From assembly GCA_016186325.1 (NCBI GenBank), contig JACPLW010000012.1, positions 18,644 through 82,643 on the forward strand: DNA of 64,000 nt, read 5' to 3'. Position 1 is the stretch's first letter; each line of letters begins with the position of its first letter. Shown piece after piece: positions 26,592 through 36,099 of this stretch. The notes under the pieces are model-generated. The model saw nothing but the letters and a program-made list of their open reading frames with translations. It made no database searches and had not been told where the DNA came from. Made by a program: the position numbers and the translations under genes. The DNA comes from Parcubacteria group bacterium (lineage in GTDB: Bacteria; Patescibacteriota; Minisyncoccia; UBA10092).

Positions 26592-27062
26592 TTATTTCTC
26601 CTCAACTACGTTAATCTTTTCCGCTTTATCAATAAACAAAATGCCGTTCAAATGGTCCATTTCATGCTGAATTACGCGAGCCAATAGTCCCTTGGCATGA
26701 ATTTTTATCGGCCTGCCGTTTTCATCCAGCGCTTTTATAGTTAGTTTTTTAGGACGAATTACCGGTCCCCAGGTTTTTTGAACCGACAAACAACCCTCTT
26801 CAAAAGGAACCAGCTCTTTTGAAAAATCCCTTATTTCCGGGTTGATGAAAACAAAAATACTACCCTCTATATCCGCGGTAAAAACCCGTAAAGAAACACC
26901 CACTTGAGGCGCCGCAAGGCCGAGGCCTTTAGCGCCTTTCATAGTTGCGACCATGTCTTTAATTAATTTCTGGATTTCCGGACTTTTTGGGTCTTTTACG
27001 ATTTCCGATTTTTTTCTTAGAACCGGATCGCCCTCTTGAATTATTTTTAACACTTTTGCCAT
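26592..27062 (-). CDS. def: peptide deformylase
   Basis: Start taken at ATG 27062 ('MAKVLKIIQEGDPVLRKKSE'); 'GLAAPQVG', 'EGCLS', 'HEMDHLNG'; the ORF-track extension to 27122 is translation through a repeat element. Confidence 0.85.
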   Translation of the reverse strand: MAKVLKIIQEGDPVLRKKSEIVKDPKSPEIQKLIKDMVATMKGAKGLGLAAPQVGVSLRVFTADIEGSIFVFINPEIRDFSKELVPFEEGCLSVQKTWGPVIRPKKLTIKALDENGRPIKIHAKGLLARVIQHEMDHLNGILFIDKAEKINVVEEK

Positions 27063-27345
27063 AGATTTGCTTGCCCTCCGTAGCTTTCTTGCCCGCCGAA
27101 GCTTTAGCGTAGGCGGGAGCAAAGGAGGATAATTCCTTTTTTAAAATCCCCATGAAATACTTGCCGCGGTCTTCGCTTTTGATTTTCCCTTGACGCCAGA
27201 CATCTTTTACCAAGCTTAGTATCCGCCTTAAAAATGATTCGTCATAGGTTTTTGCCAGACGAAAATATACCCCCTTATGCTTTTCGTCATCCAAACCCTC
27301 AACCAAATCCCACGCTAAAACTTGATGTTTTGTCGTTAAAGGCAT
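26959..27345 (-). CDS. hypothetical small protein; 3' end uncertain (reading frame runs through a GC-rich repeat and ~100 nt into def)
   Basis: Start at internal ATG 27345 ('MPLTTKHQVLAWDLVEGL...'); upstream part of track ORF overlaps ctpA start. Confidence 0.3.
   Translation of the reverse strand: MPLTTKHQVLAWDLVEGLDDEKHKGVYFRLAKTYDESFLRRILSLVKDVWRQGKIKSEDRGKYFMGILKKELSSFAPAYAKASAGKKATEGKQIYGKSVKNNSRGRSGSKKKIGNRKRPKKSGNPEIN
27070..27130. repeat. GC-rich composite hairpin element (TTGCCCTCCGTAGC..TGCCCGCC..GGCGGGAG..AAGGAGGA) immediately upstream of def
   Basis: Same family as 21891-21917; in the upstream ORF frame it encodes 'SSFAPAYAKASAGKKATEGK'. Confidence 0.7.
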
Positions 27346-27361
27346 AATATTAAAATACCAT

Positions 27362-28588
27362 ATGTTTGAGGAAAATAAAAAATATATATATTTAGCGGTT
27401 GTTACTATTGCCATAGTCGTGGCATTTGGGGCTGGTTTTGTTTTTGGATCGGTAGAGCGACTTCCTCGGCCGGTGCAGGGGATTATAAATAAAGAATTCG
27501 GCCAACCGAAAGAATTTGATTTTGGCTTATTTTGGGAAACTTTAGATAAACTTAATGAAAAGTACGTTGATAATGGCAAACTAAAAGACGACGAATTGCT
27601 TTACGGCGCTATTTCCGGATTGGTTAAAGGTGCCGGCGATCCTTACACGGTATTCTTTCCTCCGGTTGAATCAAAAAGTTTTAAGCAGGATGTTGGCGGC
27701 AGTTTTGGCGGTATCGGAGCCGAAATAGGTAAAAGAAATGGATTTTTGGTTATTATAGCGCCCCTTGAAGATACGCCTGCCCAAAAATCCGGGCTGCTCG
27801 CGGGTGATAAAATTTTAAAGATAAATAATGAACCGACCGACGATATAACCGTTGAAAAAGCGGTTACGAAAATACGCGGCGAGGTAGGCACCAAAGTAAC
27901 TCTAGCTATTTTAAGAGGTAATGACGGCACAAAAACGAAAGATATTGTCATTGAAAGAGCAATAATTAAAATCCCGATAACAAAACTTGAGGCGTTAGAA
28001 GATAACGCGATCGCTCATTTATCATTTTACAGCTTCACTTCAACAGCCCCATTTGAATTTCAAAAAGAGGCATCAAAAATTCTTGCCACTTCCGGCTATA
28101 AGGGTATAATTTTAGATTTGAGAAATAACCCAGGAGGTTACTTGGAAGTTGCGGTTGATATTGCCGGCTGGTTCCTTAATGCCGGAGATCTTGTTGCGAT
28201 TGAGGATTTCGGGAAAACCAGCGCAAAAACTGAATTTCGAGCAAGCGGCGTAGCCGCTCTTAAAAATTATCCGATGGTGGTTTTAGTTAATCAAGGCACG
28301 GCTTCGGCAGGCGAAATTTTAGCCGGCGCCCTAAGAGATAACCTAGGCATCAAATTAATAGGCGAAAAAACCTTCGGCAAGGGATCGGTGCAAGAACTGG
28401 TAAATTTTAAAGACGGCTCATCGCTCAAGGTTACCGTTGCCAAATGGCTCACGCCAAAAGGGATCTCAATTTCGGAACAAGGTTTGGAGCCAGACTTTAA
28501 GGTAGCTCCTACCGAAAAAGAACTAACAAACAAAAAAGATCCCCAGCTTGATAAAGCGGTGGAGATTCTCTTAAAAATGCTGAAATAA
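27362..28588 (+). CDS. ctpA: carboxyl-terminal processing protease (S41 family)
   Basis: 408 aa; TM anchor, PDZ, '[13 protein letters not shown]', '[11 protein letters not shown]'. Confidence 0.85.
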   Translation: MFEENKKYIYLAVVTIAIVVAFGAGFVFGSVERLPRPVQGIINKEFGQPKEFDFGLFWETLDKLNEKYVDNGKLKDDELLYGAISGLVKGAGDPYTVFFPPVESKSFKQDVGGSFGGIGAEIGKRNGFLVIIAPLEDTPAQKSGLLAGDKILKINNEPTDDITVEKAVTKIRGEVGTKVTLAILRGNDGTKTKDIVIERAIIKIPITKLEALEDNAIAHLSFYSFTSTAPFEFQKEASKILATSGYKGIILDLRNNPGGYLEVAVDIAGWFLNAGDLVAIEDFGKTSAKTEFRASGVAALKNYPMVVLVNQGTASAGEILAGALRDNLGIKLIGEKTFGKGSVQELVNFKDGSSLKVTVAKWLTPKGISISEQGLEPDFKVAPTEKELTNKKDPQLDKAVEILLKMLK

Positions 28589-28610
28589 GAACGCGATACC
28601 AATATATTTT

Positions 28611-29066
28611 ATGAAAATAGTTTTACTTCAAGATGTTGATGGTTTGGGTAAAAAAGGAGACATTAAAAATGTCAGCGATGGCTACGGCCGTAATTTTCTT
28701 TTAAGAAAAGGGCTTGCTGAAATTTTAACGCCGGAAATAGAAAATCGGATAAAACTTGGGAAAGAAAAACAGGAAAAAGATGCAGTCAAACTAAAATCTC
28801 AAACAGCAATTTTAAAAGAAAATATTGAAAAACTAAAACTGGTAATTAAAACCAAAATAGGAAAAACAGGACAAGCATTTGGCTCAATAACTCCGGTAAA
28901 AATAGCAGCAGAACTTGAAAAACAGGGGATAGGGCTTCAAAAAGAGCAGATATTGTCTTCGCCGGTAAAAACCCTAGGCGAACATAAAATAAAAATAAAA
29001 CTGCCCCAAGGAATTGAGGCAGAATTGACAATTCTTATTGAATCGGAAGATACTAAAACTAAATAA
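28611..29066 (+). CDS. rplI: 50S ribosomal protein L9
   Basis: 151 aa; '[31 protein letters not shown]'. Confidence 0.9.
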   Translation: MKIVLLQDVDGLGKKGDIKNVSDGYGRNFLLRKGLAEILTPEIENRIKLGKEKQEKDAVKLKSQTAILKENIEKLKLVIKTKIGKTGQAFGSITPVKIAAELEKQGIGLQKEQILSSPVKTLGEHKIKIKLPQGIEAELTILIESEDTKTK

Positions 29067-29331
29067 CGTTTATTACTTTAAAAACTCTTCTGGAATTATC
29101 GTAACGTTTTGTCTTTTTATCGGTAAATTTTATGATTCCGGGACGCATGGCGTAAAGCGTGTCATCGCTGCCTTTTTTAACATTCTTTCCGGGAACCCAT
29201 TTAGTGCCCCTTTGACGCACCAAAATATTGCCCGCTTTTACCCGTTCGCCGTCAAAAAGTTTTATGCCTAATCGTTTTGATGCTGATTCTCGGCCTAATC
29301 TTGTTGAACCGGCCGATTTAGTAGTCGCCAT
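29059..29331 (-). CDS. rpmA: 50S ribosomal protein L27
   Basis: 90 aa; '[22 protein letters not shown]...[12 protein letters not shown]'. Confidence 0.9.
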   Translation of the reverse strand: MATTKSAGSTRLGRESASKRLGIKLFDGERVKAGNILVRQRGTKWVPGKNVKKGSDDTLYAMRPGIIKFTDKKTKRYDNSRRVFKVINVI

Positions 29332-29371
29332 AGATTTCTAATAGAATAACAAATTATGAATTATAAATCAA

Positions 29372-29471
29372 CCCCGTTAGAAATCTAATAAATCTTATGA
29401 GATTTAGCAGCATGTTTATATTTTATATTTAAACTATGTTTGATTGGTTAAAAAATAAATTTCTAACGGGG
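29372..29471. mobile_element. 100-bp AT-rich cassette with TIRs CCCCGTTAGAAAT/ATTTCTAACGGGG upstream of rpmA; flanking direct repeat TTGA
   Basis: Read directly; member of the CCCGTTAGAAAT TIR family. Confidence 0.6.
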
Positions 29472-29855
29472 TCAAGATACTCATACTTAATAAGGTGGGG
29501 GAAGGGGCATGAAAAAAACCTTTTAATCGGCTTAGTTTTAACGCTAGGATTTTTAATCGGACTGGGGACCGGTTTGCTTATGAATTCAAACCAAGTTTCA
29601 CCTATTATTATTGATAAAAATATCAAAGTCGGCCTGTTGGAGCCTGAAAATTACGGAACGGGGGATACAAATTCATCTAAAATAAACGCGAGTTTCGGCA
29701 ATTTTGTGGCTTCAATTAACGGCAAGGCTTATTACCCTAAAGATTGCAAATCCGCAAATGTAATTAAAGAAGAAAACAGGATCTGGTTTGAAAATGCAGA
29801 GGAAGCCGAAGCCGATGGTTATAGGCCGGCTCAAAATTGCCCTGTGAATAAATAA
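29436..29855 (+). CDS. small secreted/lipoprotein-like hypothetical; true start probably ATG 29509 with a +1 frame discrepancy in an A7 run
   Basis: Strong SD AAGGTGGGGGAAGGGG then ATG at 29509 is out of frame by one base with the long ORF; adding one A gives MKKNLLIGLVLTLGFLIGLGTGLL signal peptide. Confidence 0.4.
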   Translation: MFDWLKNKFLTGSRYSYLIRWGKGHEKNLLIGLVLTLGFLIGLGTGLLMNSNQVSPIIIDKNIKVGLLEPENYGTGDTNSSKINASFGNFVASINGKAYYPKDCKSANVIKEENRIWFENAEEAEADGYRPAQNCPVNK

Positions 29856-29913
29856 AGTGTTAAAATTATAATAGAAAAGTTAATATAGAAATATCTCAAA
29901 ATAATTTTTCACT

Positions 29914-30576
29914 ATGAAATTTTTATTTGACCTTTTGGCATCAATTTCAAGCTTGTTTGTTTTACAGGCAAATAAACCTGAAAATATCCATGTTCCGCCA
30001 TTAAATACGGCAATTATTTCTTTCCAAGACACTTATTATGCGTCTGCCGTAGCCGATCCCGATAACTTTCCGAAAACAAATTCTGTAACTATAGTTAAAA
30101 AATCGACGCCGGTTGTTGTTCCGCCGCCGGTTGCCCAACCAACGCCGCCGCCGCCTCCGCCACCGCCGCCAGCTCCAGTCGTTGTTTTACCGCCGGAAGA
30201 TCCGTATGTAGTAAAGACGGAACCTATAATTACCTGGCTTAATACGAATTTTGGTTTTACGGGAACAAGTTCCGAAGGCGATCGCACTCTTCCGGAACTT
30301 ACATTTGACAGAGAATATTGGCGAATAGAAATTTTTACGTACTGGGCTCCAACTGTGGTGCCGCCAAAACCGGCTTTAGAAAAAGATTATGTCAAAATAG
30401 AAGTTTATGAAGCGGGGACAAACAAACTTATCCATACAATAACATCGGGTAATGAAGAATCGTCTCATAAATTTCAAACATTTAGAAAACCGGGGAAATA
30501 CTACTTAAAAGTATATTCCAAATCGCCAAGCCAGTGGGAAATAGCTTTCACCGTTTCATCAAAAATTGCGCAATAA
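29914..30576 (+). CDS. secreted proline-rich hypothetical protein
   Basis: 220 aa; signal/TM, 'PTPPPPPPPPPAPVVVLPPE' linker, beta-rich C-domain; architecture like 62828-63568. Confidence 0.5.
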   Translation: MKFLFDLLASISSLFVLQANKPENIHVPPLNTAIISFQDTYYASAVADPDNFPKTNSVTIVKKSTPVVVPPPVAQPTPPPPPPPPPAPVVVLPPEDPYVVKTEPIITWLNTNFGFTGTSSEGDRTLPELTFDREYWRIEIFTYWAPTVVPPKPALEKDYVKIEVYEAGTNKLIHTITSGNEESSHKFQTFRKPGKYYLKVYSKSPSQWEIAFTVSSKIAQ

Positions 30577-30654
30577 ATAAGAAGGGGAGAAGAAGTTTTT
30601 AAATCAATACAACGTCGGACAAGATACCTTTTGCGACGTATCCCTTATTAAATA

Positions 30655-30690
30655 CCGGCCGGGCACTACCCTGGCCGGTATTTTTAATTT
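30655..30690 (+). terminator. intrinsic terminator ATACCGGCC gggcactaccct GGCCGGTAT + TTTTT
   Basis: Read directly. Confidence 0.65.
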
Positions 30691-31047
30691 TCACTTTACG
30701 GGGCAAAAAGTCTCAACAAGTTTATTTTCTACAGATCCTTTAATTAACCCCTTGGCTTTATCAATAACTATCGGAATTAGTTTGCTGGCCTCTGATCCAA
30801 CTGTTTCGGCCCCTGTTTTTATTTTATCCGTTATTTCCGAATAAGACGTATCCCCTATTTTTTCACCTGAAAGTTGGGGAAGACTATCAGTTTTAAAATT
30901 ATTAACCTTATTTAAAATAAATTTTGCGATATCGGTTCCTACCGGTAAAACCTCGCTTCCTTTTATAGTAAAGGATCTATCGGCATTTACGACAAAGTAG
31001 AGAGATAAAACCGCTAATATGATACCAATTATAATTAACGTTTTCAT
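30691..31047 (-). CDS. hypothetical membrane-anchored protein (118 aa)
   Basis: N-terminal TM helix; no domain recognised. Confidence 0.45.
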   Translation of the reverse strand: MKTLIIIGIILAVLSLYFVVNADRSFTIKGSEVLPVGTDIAKFILNKVNNFKTDSLPQLSGEKIGDTSYSEITDKIKTGAETVGSEASKLIPIVIDKAKGLIKGSVENKLVETFCPVK

Positions 31048-31081
31048 TAATTTAATAATACCACGCGCGGTGTTTTAACGC

Positions 31082-32312
31082 CTAAAATCCCATAGACAGA
31101 TAGTCGAAAGGATTAACCGAACCGCCAAACGGCAAAAGCCCGTACCAGCGATTTTCCACTCGGAAAGTGTTTGTTGAATACACCGTAAAATGCAGATGCG
31201 GGCCGGTGGTAAAACCGCTTGAGCCGACATAGCCGATAACTTGTCCCTGATTGACCGTTTCGCCTTTAGAAGCCGATTTTGACGATAAATGAGTATAAAG
31301 AGTAGTTAAACCGTTACTATGGCGAATAGATAGCCAAGAACCATAGGCGTACCGCCCATCATCGGCCGATGCCGACACAACGCCGCCTAAAGCCGCGTGA
31401 ACAGGTGTTCCATAATAAGCCGCAATATCAATGCCGTTATGAAACTTATAAGAATGATTGTAGAAACCGGTCACGGATGTCGGGCCGTAACCTTGGGTTA
31501 TCCGCCCCAATACGGGCCACATTAAAGCGCCGGGTTTGGGCTTGGGCAGTCCCCCCCACCTGCCCTCTTAATTTTTCTTCCAGATCAAAAATTTCTTTCT
31601 GAATTTCTGCCTGACGAATTTGAATTTTTGATATTATTTTCTGATACTCTATTTCCTGATTATTGGTCTGATTCAGTAATTCTTTTTTCTCGTTGTTTTG
31701 ATTTTTAACAAGCTGGTTTTTTACCAGAAGCTCTTTTTTAAGATTATTTAAATCTCCCTTTAATGTTTCCTGTGATTTAAGAAGGTCTTTAAGCTCTGCT
31801 TTTTCTTGAGCCAAAATTTTAAAATCCCTATAAAGACCGTTTTCAATATTTATAAGATACTCGCTCTGGTTAAGAAAATCCGAGAGTTGTTTACTTTCCA
31901 AAATCGCCGTAATAAAGCCCCGATTATCGGCATAGGCCAAAAATCTCAAAGATCTCGCCATTGCCGTTTGCCGCTCGGAAATTTTTTTGTCTTTTTCAAC
32001 TATCTGTTTTGAGGCCAATTTTATATTGAATTCTGTTTTTGAAATTTTTGCCTGGGTAATTTTTAAATCCGCGTTTAATTGCTTAAGCTGGGTTTCTATT
32101 TTTATAATTTGGCTTTTAAGGGTTTTTGATTCAAATTGCGTAGATTCTAGCGCCGTTTTATATTTATTTAACTCTGTTTCCAGTTTTTTTATCTCCTCTT
32201 CTTTTGTTTTTATTTGCGAAAATAGAACGTCATTCTCTGACTGCGCCAAAACAACCTGTTGCGCGTTAAGCAAAAGAACAAGCCCTGAAATTACAAAAAG
32301 GCAAAATTTCAT
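31082..32312 (-). pseudogene. M23 (LytM) peptidase with N-terminal coiled-coil (EnvC-like), split by 1-bp frameshift in a C7/G7 homopolymer (31551-31557)
   Basis: Upstream ORF (31446-32312) has signal peptide plus coiled coil; downstream ORF (31082-31522) has 'HNGIDIAA...GSSGFTTGPHLHF'; removing one G restores continuous '..GQVGGLPKPKPGALMWPVLGRITQGYGP..'. Confidence 0.6.
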
Positions 32313-32333
32313 GCTAATTAAATAATACCAGTT

Positions 32334-33824
32334 TTACACCAGGTTTTTTAGAGCGGCTTCAATTCGTTTAATGCTCTCTTTTTTGCCTAAAATCTCAAGA
32401 ATTTCAAATGGGCTTGGCGATGTTTGAAGGCCGGTCAGGGCAACTCGAAGCGGCCACAACAAGCGTCCCCTATCATTGTTTTTGGCTCTTGAAGCTTCTT
32501 TTAATAAAATATTTTCTAAATTACTGCGAGTAAAATCTTCTTCGCCAATTTCTATTAATGAATCTCGGGAAATTTTTAAAGAGATTCTTATATCTTTAAA
32601 CATCATATCGCGCCAAATTAAAAGATTAGAATCATATTTTGGAACCTGGAAAAAATAAGCTACCCTATCCCCTATCTCACCAAACTTCTTAAGTCGCGGC
32701 TGTTCTAGCGCCAATATTTTTTTAACATATCCCGAATCATAATTATTTTTTTCTACTAAATTGTCTTTTATTAAAAACGGAACGGCGTATTCTTTTAGTT
32801 TATCGAGCGATAATTGCTTTATATAATGGCCGTTCAGCCAATCCAGTTTTTCTATATTAAAAATCGCACCGGCTTTGTGAACTTTTTCAAGCGAAAAATC
32901 TTTAAGCAATTCTTTCATTGAATAAACCTCTTTTTCCCCGCCGGGGTTCCATCCCAAAAAAGCAAGAAAATTTACCATTGCTTCGGGAAGATAGCCCTTT
33001 TTTATATAATCATCAACAGAAACGTCCCCTTTGCGCTTGCTCATTTTCGTTTTATCGGGATTTAGCAAAAGAGGCAAATGAGCCCAGTAAGGTGCTTTCC
33101 AGCCAAAAAATTCATATAACAAAATATGTTTTGGCGTTGACGGCAACCATTCTTCCGAACGTATAACATGAGAAATTTCCATTAAATGATCGTCCACAAC
33201 TACCGCCAGATGATAGGTCGGATAGCCGTCTGATTTTAAAAGCACCTGATCGTCAAGTTCGCCAGAATTATATAAAATCTTTCCACGGACAATATCGTTT
33301 ATTTCTATAACCCGATTATCAGGAATTTTCATTCTTATTACGTAAGATTCGCCGGCATTAAGTTTTTTACCGATTTCTTCTTCGCTTAAAGAGCAGCACC
33401 GCCTGTCATATTTGGAAATCTGTTTTTTAGACGTTTGTTCTTGACGCATTTTTTCAAGCGTCTCTTCGGTGCAAAAGCAATAGTATGCATTATTGTTTTT
33501 AACTAATTCATCAGCATATTTTTTATAAATATCCAATCTTTCCGACTGAATATACGGGCCATATTGGCCATCGGCATCGGGGCCTTCGTCGTATTCCAAT
33601 CCGGCCCATTTTAAACCCGAATAAATTGCTTGCGCCGCTTTTTCAACATATCTTTCCTGGTCGGTATCTTCCAGGCGCAAAATAAATTTTCCGCCGTGTT
33701 GCTTGGCAAAAAGATAAGAATAAAGCGCAGTGCGCAAACCGCCGACGTGCAAAAAACCGGTCGGGCTTGGCGCAAACCGCGTTCTTATTTTTTCTTTTTT
33801 AAATAAGAATTTTAAAAATGTCAT
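32334..33824 (-). CDS. gltX: glutamyl-tRNA synthetase
   Basis: 496 aa; 'RFAPSPTGFLHVGGLRTAL' (HIGH-class), 'KMSKR'. Confidence 0.95.
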   Translation of the reverse strand: MTFLKFLFKKEKIRTRFAPSPTGFLHVGGLRTALYSYLFAKQHGGKFILRLEDTDQERYVEKAAQAIYSGLKWAGLEYDEGPDADGQYGPYIQSERLDIYKKYADELVKNNNAYYCFCTEETLEKMRQEQTSKKQISKYDRRCCSLSEEEIGKKLNAGESYVIRMKIPDNRVIEINDIVRGKILYNSGELDDQVLLKSDGYPTYHLAVVVDDHLMEISHVIRSEEWLPSTPKHILLYEFFGWKAPYWAHLPLLLNPDKTKMSKRKGDVSVDDYIKKGYLPEAMVNFLAFLGWNPGGEKEVYSMKELLKDFSLEKVHKAGAIFNIEKLDWLNGHYIKQLSLDKLKEYAVPFLIKDNLVEKNNYDSGYVKKILALEQPRLKKFGEIGDRVAYFFQVPKYDSNLLIWRDMMFKDIRISLKISRDSLIEIGEEDFTRSNLENILLKEASRAKNNDRGRLLWPLRVALTGLQTSPSPFEILEILGKKESIKRIEAALKNLV

Positions 33825-33825
33825 T

Positions 33826-34965
33826 TTATCGGGGGATTAAATTTAATAACGCTTGCGCGATTAATTTTGCCGCGTCGGGAGTGGCGAATTTTCTGGCTTT
33901 TTCCTCCATATTCTTCTTTTTTTCCGGATTACTCAATATAGCGCTGATTACCGACATCAGTAAGCGCGGCGTAAGATTGGACTCCTCAATTACTTCCGCT
34001 CTGCCGTCACCCCCGAAAATATAAGCGTTTTTGCGCTGGTGATTATTCGCCGAATCGGTTATCGGAATAATAATACTCGCTTTTCCCGATGCCGCTATTT
34101 CAAAAATACTGCCGGCGCCGGACCTTGAAATTATTAAATCAGCGCTGTGATAAGCCGCGATATATTCCGGTTCAACCAAAAAATTAACCGGATGATAAGA
34201 AGCAAACAGTTCGCCCGAAAGACCGGCAAGAGCTACTTTTGATTCACTAAGAACGCTCGAGTAATTTTCGTCTCCAGTTTGATGGATAACTTCGGCCGTG
34301 ATAAGTAAATCCGGTAAAATATCAAGAATCATGTCATTTATTTTTTGAGCGCCCTGCGAACCGCCAAGTATCAGCACCACCGGCTTTTGGGATGCTAAGT
34401 GAAGCATGGGCCGTTCTATTTCCGGATTGGGCGGCGCGAAAAACGCATCGCGTATCGCTTCGCCGGTAAAATAAGTTTTATTTTTCGGAAAATAATCTAC
34501 CGCTTCATTAAAAGATATGGCAACCAGCGAAGCAAAACGCGCTAAAATTTTATTGGTTAAACCCGGAATTGAATCTGAATCGTGAAGAATAATCGGGATT
34601 CTGTAAACCCAGCCGGCAATCACTACGCCAAAACTGCCGTAACCTCCTTTACTAAAAATTACGTCCGGCATAATTCGCCAAACCTCGTAAAGCGCCTGAA
34701 GAAGGCCGGCTCCGATTTTGAAAAGATCGGCAAAGTTTTGAAAAGAAAAATAACGGCGCCATTTGCCGGTTATAATAATTTTGTAATGAAAATTCATTTC
34801 TTCCCGCTCCAAACTTGATTCCAAAAAAAGTCCGGGACCCAAATAATAAATTTCCGGTTCTCCCATATCTGAAAATTGCGCCAGTTCGTTAAGTTTTCTT
34901 GAGACGGCAACTAAAGGAAACAGATGTCCTCCCGTCCCACCTCCAGTTAACACAATCTTTATCAT
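33826..34965 (-). CDS. murG: undecaprenyldiphospho-muramoylpentapeptide beta-N-acetylglucosaminyltransferase MurG
   Basis: 379 aa; 'LTGGGTGGHLFP', C-terminal 'GGSQGA' block. Confidence 0.9.
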   Translation of the reverse strand: MIKIVLTGGGTGGHLFPLVAVSRKLNELAQFSDMGEPEIYYLGPGLFLESSLEREEMNFHYKIIITGKWRRYFSFQNFADLFKIGAGLLQALYEVWRIMPDVIFSKGGYGSFGVVIAGWVYRIPIILHDSDSIPGLTNKILARFASLVAISFNEAVDYFPKNKTYFTGEAIRDAFFAPPNPEIERPMLHLASQKPVVLILGGSQGAQKINDMILDILPDLLITAEVIHQTGDENYSSVLSESKVALAGLSGELFASYHPVNFLVEPEYIAAYHSADLIISRSGAGSIFEIAASGKASIIIPITDSANNHQRKNAYIFGGDGRAEVIEESNLTPRLLMSVISAILSNPEKKKNMEEKARKFATPDAAKLIAQALLNLIPR

Positions 34966-34992
34966 TTGTTTAAAAATTTAAAATTTAAAATT

Positions 34993-36099
34993 TCAAGTAG
35001 TGTATCTTGAAATATTAGCCACAATCCCCGCTCCAATCATGTTAATAACAAGCCCGGAACTGCCATAGCTAACAAACGGCAAAGGCATGCCGGTAAGCGG
35101 CACTAATCCGGAAATTGCCGCGATGTTAGTGAAACTTTGAATTAAAATCCAGGAAGTTATACCAACAGCAAGAAGTTTGTTAAAAGAATTCTGACTTCTA
35201 ATAGCAATACTATAACCGAAAATCGCAAATAAAATATAAAGCGCTAACGCAAAACTAATGCCAAAAAGCCCCATTTTTTCGCCTAAAACCGCAAAAATTG
35301 AATCCCCTATCGGTTCCGGTAAATAAGCCGAATGTAAATTTTGATTTAGCCCAATGCCCGTAAGCCCTCCGACGCCGATTGAAGAAACTGCCTGATTTAT
35401 TTGGTAACCGGAACCGGCGGTGTCCATTCCGCCATTCAAAAATGCTTTAAATCTTTCCGCTCCGTAAGGCTTTAAAAATATAAAAATAAAAAATGTCGCC
35501 ACTCCTATAAAAGCAATTAAAGCGAGATGGCTTATTTTTCCGCCGGCTACAAAATAAACCGCCGCCGCGGAAAGCGCTATTACGGCAAATGTTCCAAAGT
35601 TCGGCTGCATTAAAAGTAGTAAGCCGATAATTCCGATTATCATAAGAAAAGGCAAAAAACCTCCGGAAAAATCTTTTAACTCTTTTTGCCTAGACTCAAA
35701 CCATGAAGCCAGATAAATTAAAAATGAAATTTTTAAAATTTCGCTAGGTTGAAAACTAACAGGTCCGATTGCAAGCCAGCGCGTTGAACCGGCGTGCGAA
35801 AGACCAAGTTGTGGAATAAAAACAAGCGTTAAAATGCCGATTGAAAAAATTAAGAACAAAAAGCTGTATTTTTTAAGAAAACCTAACGGCACTTTTAAAA
35901 AAACAAAAAAACCGGCAATTCCGATTAATACCCCCTTTAAAAGCTGCTCCCGCAAATAGTAGTTTTGATCGTTAAATTTTTTTTGCCCGGCAATAAATGA
36001 AGCGGAGGAAAGGATAAAAAGTCCAAACACCAAAAGAATGCCTACGATAACAACAAATTTGAAGTCAATACTTTTAAGTTTTACATTTTTAATTCCCAT
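34993..36099 (-). CDS. ftsW: SEDS-family peptidoglycan glycosyltransferase FtsW
   Basis: 368 aa, 10 TM, SEDS signature; adjacent to murG. Confidence 0.8.
   Translation of the reverse strand: MGIKNVKLKSIDFKFVVIVGILLVFGLFILSSASFIAGQKKFNDQNYYLREQLLKGVLIGIAGFFVFLKVPLGFLKKYSFLFLIFSIGILTLVFIPQLGLSHAGSTRWLAIGPVSFQPSEILKISFLIYLASWFESRQKELKDFSGGFLPFLMIIGIIGLLLLMQPNFGTFAVIALSAAAVYFVAGGKISHLALIAFIGVATFFIFIFLKPYGAERFKAFLNGGMDTAGSGYQINQAVSSIGVGGLTGIGLNQNLHSAYLPEPIGDSIFAVLGEKMGLFGISFALALYILFAIFGYSIAIRSQNSFNKLLAVGITSWILIQSFTNIAAISGLVPLTGMPLPFVSYGSSGLVINMIGAGIVANISRYTT

Noticed and set aside
27063-27122. N-terminal extension of def (MLPPTLKLRRARKLRRASKSM)
   Set aside because: It is translation of the GC-rich repeat element. 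The canonical def start MAKVLKII..GDPVLR is at 27062.
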